In this document: in pieces, positions 34,701-40,000 of the stretch
How positions within the stretch are numbered: the first letter of the stretch is position 1
Layout of the letters: each line of letters opens with the position of its first letter
Source: Candidatus Binatus sp.
GTDB taxonomy: Bacteria; Desulfobacterota; Binatia; Binatales; Binataceae
NCBI RefSeq assembly: GCF_035272065.1
Contig: NZ_DATEQZ010000044.1
Location: 10,490-50,489 of the forward strand
Length of the DNA stretch: 40,000 bases
Direction: 5' to 3'
Notes under the pieces: model-generated
The model's input: only the letters and a program-made list of their open reading frames with translations
The model's database searches: none
Told to the model about the DNA's origin: nothing
Made by a program: the position numbers and the translations under genes

Positions 34701-35201
34701 ATTGTTGCTCGTGTCCGCCACGTAGAGATCGCCCGCGCTGTCCACCGCGACCCCGCCCGGCAGGCACAGGCTGTCCGCGCCAAGGCCCGCGACGTCGCCG
34801 AGGGCGGTGCCGCTGTTGCATCGCGTGGTTTCAAAATCCGGCTGGCCGATCTCGATATCCGCGTTCTGGCCGTTGGTGAAGCTGCTGGCGTTGTTCCATC
34901 CGAGGATGCGGTTGTTGCTGCCGTCGACGACATACAGATGTTCGGGCGAACTGTTCAGGTCGACGGCCATCTGGCTTGGCGAATTGAGGCTCGCCGCATT
35001 GGTGTTGTTGATGCCGTTGTGCGCGAAATCGATTTGTCCGAGCACCGCGTCCGCGATGTAGTCGCCGGTCGCCGCCGGCAGCGCCGTCACCATGAACACG
35101 GCAACCACGGATACGAACGCGATAGTGCCGAGACGAAGGCTGGAGATTCCTCGCGGCGATCTTTGCGGTATCGACATTCCAGCAGTGTCGTGCCCGCGCA
35201 A
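31705..35201 (-). pseudogene. large secreted NHL-repeat protein gene with T/A/D/P-rich linker and C-terminal Ig-like beta-sandwich domain, disrupted at four points
   Basis: Signal-like N-terminus. The repeated motif is LC.P.GVAVD..GNLYVAD..NNRVLE(F/Y). The frame is lost at about 33878-33880 (1 nt missing) and regained at about 33570-33572 (1 nt extra). TAG at 32463-32465 replaces the CAG seen in sister repeat units. 1 nt is missing at about 32159-32161. The C-terminal domain (31705..31986 frame) reads KLGKVVFGNGAVSKPQHVTIQNKSKTTAVTFSSIVASGDFAMVSGCGVTIGPKSKCSVTVTFSPTALGTRGGTLTIRSNANNSP. Confidence 0.65.
32030..32790 (-). repeat. coding low-complexity tandem tract (ACN-GCN-GAY/CCN)n encoding the T/A/D/P linker of the NHL protein
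   Basis: About 750 nt of imperfect short-period repeats. All six frames are open here, which creates the artefactual track ORFs 32021..32599, 32138..32524 and 32509..32802. Confidence 0.75.
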
Positions 35202-35360
35202 TAGCGAGGTAAGTGGGGTGACAATTTGTGCCTAAACATACTGCAGGGCGCGCGATGTAGCGCGTCGCCGCGCATCGCCAGGTCATATGGAAGAGGCTTC
35301 GGAAACTAAGTCTCGAGAGCGCTTGCCAAGACGATTCAATAATCATAAAATCAGATAAGC

Positions 35361-35627
35361 ATGAAATCAGAAATATCAGCTACCGAAGCAGCTCGGCGAT
35401 TTTCAGAAGTTTTGAATCGGGTGCGATATCGCAACGAGACTTTTGTCGTGAAACGCGGCGGCGAACCGGTTTGTGAGATCGTCCCCGTGCGCGGCGCTAC
35501 CTTTACCGGCCGTGAACTGGTGGGATTGCTCCGCTCCTTGCCGCACCCCGACAAGGAATATTTGGACACAGTCGAAAAGCATGTTCGCAGACAGCCGAAG
35601 GCCGAGAAGTCAAAGTGGCCGCGTTGA
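35361..35627 (+). CDS. type II antitoxin, Phd/YefM-like
   Basis: 88 aa. ISATEAARRFSEVLNRVRYRNETFVVKRGGEPVCEIVP matches the Phd/YefM N-terminal fold pattern. It overlaps the PIN gene by 13 nt. Confidence 0.75.
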   Translation: MKSEISATEAARRFSEVLNRVRYRNETFVVKRGGEPVCEIVPVRGATFTGRELVGLLRSLPHPDKEYLDTVEKHVRRQPKAEKSKWPR

Positions 35628-36016
35628 TCGATTCCAGCGTCTTCATCGCTGGCGAGCGCGGTCGGATCGATCTTGCAGAGCTGCTGGCATCGCTCGGCGG
35701 CGAACCGCTCGCGTTGTCCGCTGTGACCGCGTCGGAACTGCTATACGGTCTGCATCGGGCTCATACGACTGCGCAACGAGATCGCCGCAACGCCTACGTC
35801 GAGGCGATATTCGCGCAGATGACGGTGCTGCCGTTCGATCTCTCCGTCGCGCGAGTCCACGCGGCGGTCTCGGCTCAACTGGATCGCACCGGCCGCCAGG
35901 TCGGCGCGCACGATCTGATAATCGCGGCTACCGCGATGGCCCATGATTACCGCGTAGCGACGCGGGACCTCAGGAGCTTTCCGAAAATCCGGGGCCTCGA
36001 GACGGTAAGGATTTAA
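35615..36016 (+). CDS. vapC: type II toxin, PIN-domain ribonuclease VapC-like
   Basis: 133 aa with a GTG start. Acidic residues are in PIN spacing: LIDSSVF (D), TASELLYG (E), GAHDLIIAATA (D). Confidence 0.8.
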   Translation: MAALIDSSVFIAGERGRIDLAELLASLGGEPLALSAVTASELLYGLHRAHTTAQRDRRNAYVEAIFAQMTVLPFDLSVARVHAAVSAQLDRTGRQVGAHDLIIAATAMAHDYRVATRDLRSFPKIRGLETVRI

Positions 36017-36031
36017 CGCTCGCGCTGGGGC

Positions 36032-36745
36032 TCATCCCTTCAAGTTCGCGGCGAACAGCTTGAGCGTCCGCTCCCACGCGTCCTTGGCTTCGACGGGGCG
36101 ATAGACGTCGGCGCGAGTATCGTTGAAAAATCCGTGCGAGCATCCCGCGTAAACCTTGACCTCGCCCGGCTTGTCGAATTTCTTAAGCGCCGCCGCCAGC
36201 CGCTCGACGTCAGCCCGCTGGATCCATCCGTCGTTCTCGCCGTAGGCGTAAAAGATCGGGCAGCCGAGCTGCTTGAGTTTTTCGTCCGCCGGTATTTCGC
36301 CGTAGAACGGCGCCGCGGCCGCGATTTCCCTGTTCTCGCACGGCAGCAGGATCGCGTAGCTGCCGCCCATGCAAAATCCCGTGATGCCGATGCGCGCTGC
36401 ACGCGTCTGTTTCTGCGCGCGCAGCCATTCCACCGTGGTCTGCAGATCCGCGATGCCGTCTTCTTTCTTCAGTCCGCCCATCAGCCGTGCGGCTTCGTTG
36501 GGGTCGGTCGCGACGCGATGACCCTGGCGCGAGTACAGGTCCGGCGCGATCGCAAAATAGCCCTCGCGCGCCAGCCGGCGCGAGACGTCGCGGATATGTT
36601 CGTTCAGCCCCCACCATTCCTGTACTACGATCGCCGCTGGCGACGACTCCGCCGCCGCCGGCTCGGCGACATACGCTTTGAGCGCGCACGCCCGCCCCGC
36701 ATAGCTCACTTCACGCGTGGCGATATCTTCCTTTGCCATTGTCAC
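36032..36745 (-). CDS. dienelactone hydrolase family protein
   Basis: AIVVQEWWGLNEHIRDVSRRLAREGYFAIAPDLY, GITGFCMGG (nucleophile elbow with Cys) and C-terminal GCSHGF. Confidence 0.88.
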   Translation of the reverse strand: MTMAKEDIATREVSYAGRACALKAYVAEPAAAESSPAAIVVQEWWGLNEHIRDVSRRLAREGYFAIAPDLYSRQGHRVATDPNEAARLMGGLKKEDGIADLQTTVEWLRAQKQTRAARIGITGFCMGGSYAILLPCENREIAAAAPFYGEIPADEKLKQLGCPIFYAYGENDGWIQRADVERLAAALKKFDKPGEVKVYAGCSHGFFNDTRADVYRPVEAKDAWERTLKLFAANLKG

Positions 36746-36798
36746 TCACCTCGAAAAATAAATTACCAGCCCCGTCTGCTCCGCAGTCCGCCATGCGT

Positions 36799-37077
36799 TC
36801 AAGTCTGCGGTGGATGTGCAGGCTGATGCCCTTCTTTGGGAGGGGCGCCGCCCCAGATCAAAACGTCGGGGCAGAGGTCAGCCCCGTTTGGCCAGACCAC
36901 CGTCCCGCCCTCGACGCGCACCTTCGCGAAAACCGCCGGATCCTTTCGGATGGGCTCGAATATCGGGCCGACCAGCAACCGCGACACGTCGCGTTCGATA
37001 ACAGAGCCATCGGTCAGCGCCAGCCTTAGCTTGAAGCCTTCAACGGCTTTCACCTCACGAATACGCAAAAGCGCCAT
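36799..37077 (-). CDS. DUF2442-family protein
   Basis: IREVKAVEGFKLRLALTDGSVIERDVSRLL...FAKVRVEGGTVVWPNGADLCPDVL fits the DUF2442 pattern. It lies 12 nt downstream of the DUF4160 reading frame. Confidence 0.7.
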   Translation of the reverse strand: MALLRIREVKAVEGFKLRLALTDGSVIERDVSRLLVGPIFEPIRKDPAVFAKVRVEGGTVVWPNGADLCPDVLIWGGAPPKEGHQPAHPPQT

Positions 37078-37088
37078 GTCGTTTCACC

Positions 37089-37349
37089 TTAATCGAGGGG
37101 CTCGATCTCCTTAAGCGTTTCTCCGTTGCGAGCACGTTGCCAGTCGTCGCGAAGTTCGGTGCGATGGAGTGCAGCCCATTCGAGTACCAGCGCGAGTGCG
37201 CGTCGCGGCAACGAACCGCGGAATACCGACAGAGTTTAGACTTCGATTAGCGCCTCGTACTCGCCGTAGATAGCGTGGAAATGTGCCGGCTCGTGGTCGC
37301 TGTAAAACATTCGGACCACAATTCCGAAGAACCGGCTCAACTCTGGCAT
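37089..37349 (-). pseudogene. DUF4160-family gene interrupted by an in-frame TAA (37236-37238)
   Basis: MPELSRFFGIVVRMFYSDHEPAHFHAIYGEYEALIEV*TLSVFRGSLPRRALALVLEWAALHRTELRDDWQRARNGETLKEIEPLD* is a full-length DUF4160 pattern in a single frame with one nonsense codon at codon 38. Confidence 0.65.
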
Positions 37350-37396
37350 CGCCGAATCGCTCGCCTAAACAATGTGCCACCAGGCCCGTCGCGCAT

Positions 37397-38287
37397 CTAC
37401 TCCGCCGCCGCCACCGGGATGAAGCCGATCGTGCCGTTCTTGAGTCTGATCTGCAGATAGTCGCCGGTGATTCCGGTGACGTGAACGTACTTTTTGCGGC
37501 GCACCTGCGCGATCGTCGCGCTGGTGTCGTCGGGATTTAGATATACCGCCGAATTTTTCGTCAACAGGAAGAGCTTGTTCAGCGGCTTGATCTTCGGCGC
37601 GACGGCTCCGGATGCCGACGCGGTTGTCGTCGCTGCTCCGGCCGGCGCACTGGCGGCCGCCGTCGCGGCCGGCGCGGGCAGCAGCTTGGCGTCGAGTGCC
37701 CGCACCTCGTCGAATTCCGCGTTGGCTTCGGTCGCCCGGCCCGGCTCGGCCGCGAGCAGATTCGCCAGCGCCAGATGGGCCTTCGCATCCCTGGGGCTGA
37801 GTCCGATTGCGGTGCGGATTTGATCCTCGGCCTCGGCGGTCTTGCCTTCCAGTCTCAGCACCTCGCCCAAATCGAGATGGTAGTTGTAGCGGTCGGGCTC
37901 GAGCGCGACCGCGGCGCGGTACTGATTTTCCGCGAGCCCGCGCTGGTTCTGATCGCTATAGAGGTTGCCAAGCGCGACATGGGTCGCCGCGTTTTTCGGA
38001 TCGATCTCGAGCACCTTCATGAACTCGACTTGCGCGTCGCCCGGCTTGTGCTCGAAGACGTAGAGATTTCCAAGTGCGATATGGACGCGCGGGTCGTTGG
38101 GCGCGAGCTTCACCGCCGCCTGGTACGCCGTCTCCGCGTCGGCGAGCTTGGTCGTCTGCATATCGGTGTCGCCCTCAGCCAGAAAATCGTCGGCGGTCTT
38201 GTGATGGCATCCCGCGCCTATCAAGATCAAGGCGCCGACCACGATCATCGCCGCGGTCCGGGCCAGTAAGCTTCGCGTCATGTTCAT
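37397..38287 (-). CDS. TPR-repeat lipoprotein with C-terminal SH3b-like domain
   Basis: Start at ATG 38287 (MNMTRSLLARTAAMIVVGALILIGAGC, lipobox) with GGAGGA upstream. It has several TPR units (AETAYQAAVKLAPNDPRVHIALGNLY...), an Ala/Pro linker and an SH3-like tail (YVHVTGITGDYLQIRLKNGTIGFIP). Confidence 0.8.
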   Translation of the reverse strand: MNMTRSLLARTAAMIVVGALILIGAGCHHKTADDFLAEGDTDMQTTKLADAETAYQAAVKLAPNDPRVHIALGNLYVFEHKPGDAQVEFMKVLEIDPKNAATHVALGNLYSDQNQRGLAENQYRAAVALEPDRYNYHLDLGEVLRLEGKTAEAEDQIRTAIGLSPRDAKAHLALANLLAAEPGRATEANAEFDEVRALDAKLLPAPAATAAASAPAGAATTTASASGAVAPKIKPLNKLFLLTKNSAVYLNPDDTSATIAQVRRKKYVHVTGITGDYLQIRLKNGTIGFIPVAAAE

Positions 38288-38537
38288 TTGCCGAGGTTCC
38301 TCCAAGACGATCGCCATTTCCGAGGTGCGATGATCGGACCAGCGATTCAAAACGCTACAATTCATGTTGAAGTCAGCACGGAAACGGTGTCAAGCATTCT
38401 ACGTCGGCACGCGCACTCGGGCGAAGCCGGTAAATTTTTCAGAGCAAACTCCGCCTGCATCTTCTTCTTTAATACTGTGTGCAGGGTCGCCCCTGCCCTT
38501 TGGATTGCTCGTGCTTGTTAGGTTATAAAGATACGCC

Positions 38538-39182
38538 GTGCGCTTTATCCTGATTGCAGCCAAGCAGCTCGAATTCGCCAAGACCCGGCTCGCGCCCGTC
38601 CTGCCTCCCGGCGAGCGCCGTGCGTTGGCCGAGGCGATGTTTCGCGACGTGCTGGCCGCCTCGCTCGGCGCCACCGCCGCCGACCACGTCGCCGTGGTGA
38701 CGTCCGACGCCGGCCTGCTCGCGATGGCCCGCTCCGCGAATGCGCTGGCTATCGACGAGGAATTTCCGCGCGGCCTCAATGTCGCAGTCGCGCTCGCCAC
38801 CACCGCGCTGATTGCGCAGGGCGCGCGAACCGTGTGCACGGTGCTGTCCGACATCCCGCTCGTTGCCGCCGAAGATATCGACGCGGTCTTTGCCGCGATG
38901 CCCGACGCGCGTGGCGCGGTGCTGGTTCCCTCGCGCGATTTCTCCGGCACCAACATTATATGCCGCTCACCCGCCGGCGTTGTGCCGACCCGATTCGGCC
39001 GCATGAGCCTGGTGCGCCATCTCGACGATTGCCGCACCGCCGGCGTTCCGGCTAGAGTGCTGCGACTTGCGCGGCCGGCGCTGGATCTCGACGTAATCGC
39101 CGATCTCGCCGAGTTCGAGCGCGCCGGGTCAGCCACGCATACTCAAAACCAGTTGGCCCGGCTCGGGATTGCTCATCACTAA
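38538..39182 (+). CDS. cofC: 2-phospho-L-lactate (or phosphoenolpyruvate) guanylyltransferase, F420 biosynthesis
   Basis: The AAKQLEFAKTRLAPVL N-terminus, VLSDIPLVAAEDID, SGTNIICRSP and DLDVIADL are CofC/FbiD-like blocks. GTG start. Confidence 0.75.
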   Translation: MRFILIAAKQLEFAKTRLAPVLPPGERRALAEAMFRDVLAASLGATAADHVAVVTSDAGLLAMARSANALAIDEEFPRGLNVAVALATTALIAQGARTVCTVLSDIPLVAAEDIDAVFAAMPDARGAVLVPSRDFSGTNIICRSPAGVVPTRFGRMSLVRHLDDCRTAGVPARVLRLARPALDLDVIADLAEFERAGSATHTQNQLARLGIAHH

Positions 39183-39185
39183 AAA

Positions 39186-39977
39186 TTGAAAAACGGACTG
39201 ATGTCGATCGTGGAAATGGTTGAGCGGCTCGGCGCGCTTGTGCTCGACGGCATCGTCCGCCTCGGCGCGTTCATGCTCTTTTTGCTCAACGCCGTGTTCT
39301 ACGTGTTCGTTCCGCCCTTTAAGCCGCGCCTGTGGATTCGGCAGACACGCATCATCGGCGCCGACTCGCTCTTTCTTATCATTCTGATCGGCGGCTTCAC
39401 TGGCATGGTGCTCGGCCTCCAGGGTTACAACACGCTGCGCCGGTTCGGCTCCGACGGCGCGCTCGGCACCGTCGTCTCTCTAGTGCTTGTGCGCGAGCTT
39501 GGTCCCGTGCTCGCCGCCCTGATGATCGCGGCGCGCGCGGGCTCCGCGATGGCCGCCGAGCTCGGCTCGATGCAGTCCACCGAACAGATCGACGCGCTCA
39601 CCGTGATGGCTATTAACCCGATCCAATATCTGGTCTCGCCGCGGATGCTCGCCGGGGTGATCAGTTTCCCGCTGCTGACGTCCATCTTCGACGTAGTCGG
39701 AATCTATGGCGGTTACATGGTCGGCGTCGGCCTGATGGGCGCGCCGTCGGGCGCCTACTTCAATGGTATTGCCGCCAACATGGACAGCCACGACATCATG
39801 ACCGGCCTCTACAAGGCCCTGGTCTTCGGCGTGATCGTAATGTGGGTCTGTTGCTACAAGGGATATCACGCCGAGCGGATGGCGACCGGGGTCAGCCGCG
39901 CCACTACCGAAGCGGTCGTGCTGTCCAGCGTCCTGATTCTTGCCTTTGACTATTTTCTTACGTCTATACTTTTGTAA
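39186..39977 (+). CDS. mlaE: MlaE-family ABC transporter permease
   Basis: LVRELGPVLAALMIAARAGSAMAAELGSMQSTEQIDALTVMAINPIQYLVSPRMLAG is the MlaE/Ttg2B signature. The start is either TTG 39186 or ATG 39201. Confidence 0.9.
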   Translation: MKNGLMSIVEMVERLGALVLDGIVRLGAFMLFLLNAVFYVFVPPFKPRLWIRQTRIIGADSLFLIILIGGFTGMVLGLQGYNTLRRFGSDGALGTVVSLVLVRELGPVLAALMIAARAGSAMAAELGSMQSTEQIDALTVMAINPIQYLVSPRMLAGVISFPLLTSIFDVVGIYGGYMVGVGLMGAPSGAYFNGIAANMDSHDIMTGLYKALVFGVIVMWVCCYKGYHAERMATGVSRATTEAVVLSSVLILAFDYFLTSILL

Positions 39978-40000
39978 TAACGCCGTGACGATTTACCAAT

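Noticed and set aside
16530-37238. Stop-codon reassignment (TAA, TAG or TGA read as sense) as the explanation for the in-frame stops
   Set aside because: All three stop codons terminate strongly supported genes in this window at positions matching conserved C-termini. Examples are TAG for rpmA and proB, TAA for the SDR and htrA, and TGA for several others.
1-40000. tRNA, rRNA, tmRNA, riboswitch or CRISPR features
   Set aside because: I saw no T-loop/anticodon-stem-like cloverleaf candidates, no rRNA-like conserved stretches and no repeat-spacer arrays. Small structured RNAs cannot be excluded without covariance-model searches.

Overview
High-G+C bacterial chromosomal window; the taxon cannot be assigned from sequence alone. 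I support about 40 protein genes and found no rRNA, tRNA or CRISPR array. The backbone is housekeeping and metabolism: ispG, pfkA, proB, obg, rpmA, rplU, a SufT-like gene, cofC, mlaE, a family III CoA-transferase, an LLM-class (F420-type) oxidoreductase and a TPP enzyme. Most of the long + or - ORFs in the track that overlap these genes are GC-rich shadow frames.

Accessory and unusual content:
1. A ~2.66 kb low-G+C IS1595-family element (16109-18768) has imperfect terminal inverted repeats and a 7/8 direct repeat. It carries three passenger ORFs, including an Rx4H (HEPN-like) protein split by an in-frame TAA and a 2-TM protein. This is my best candidate for an undescribed mobile toxin or defence-like module.
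2. Two paralogous small proteins of unknown function (6015-6449 and 22498-22962) share a conserved upstream motif.
3. An SprT-like HExxH protein with an arginine-rich tail is translationally coupled to an unknown ORF.
4. A decayed chimeric duplicate of the htrA ... CapD-like locus lies at 12487-12824.
5. Four accessory genes are disrupted while housekeeping genes are intact: the HEPN-like ORF, a GYD gene, a DUF4160 gene and a ~3.5 kb NHL-repeat surface protein gene.
6. A GT4/WecA-like ORF appears to need a frameshift to join a CapD-N-terminal-like ORF.
7. Two families of intergenic palindromic repeats are present.
8. The window also holds a VapBC pair, a DUF4160/DUF2442 pair, and a TPP enzyme / O-methyltransferase / diiron-oxygenase trio.

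All functional calls come from motif recognition by eye; no database search was run.
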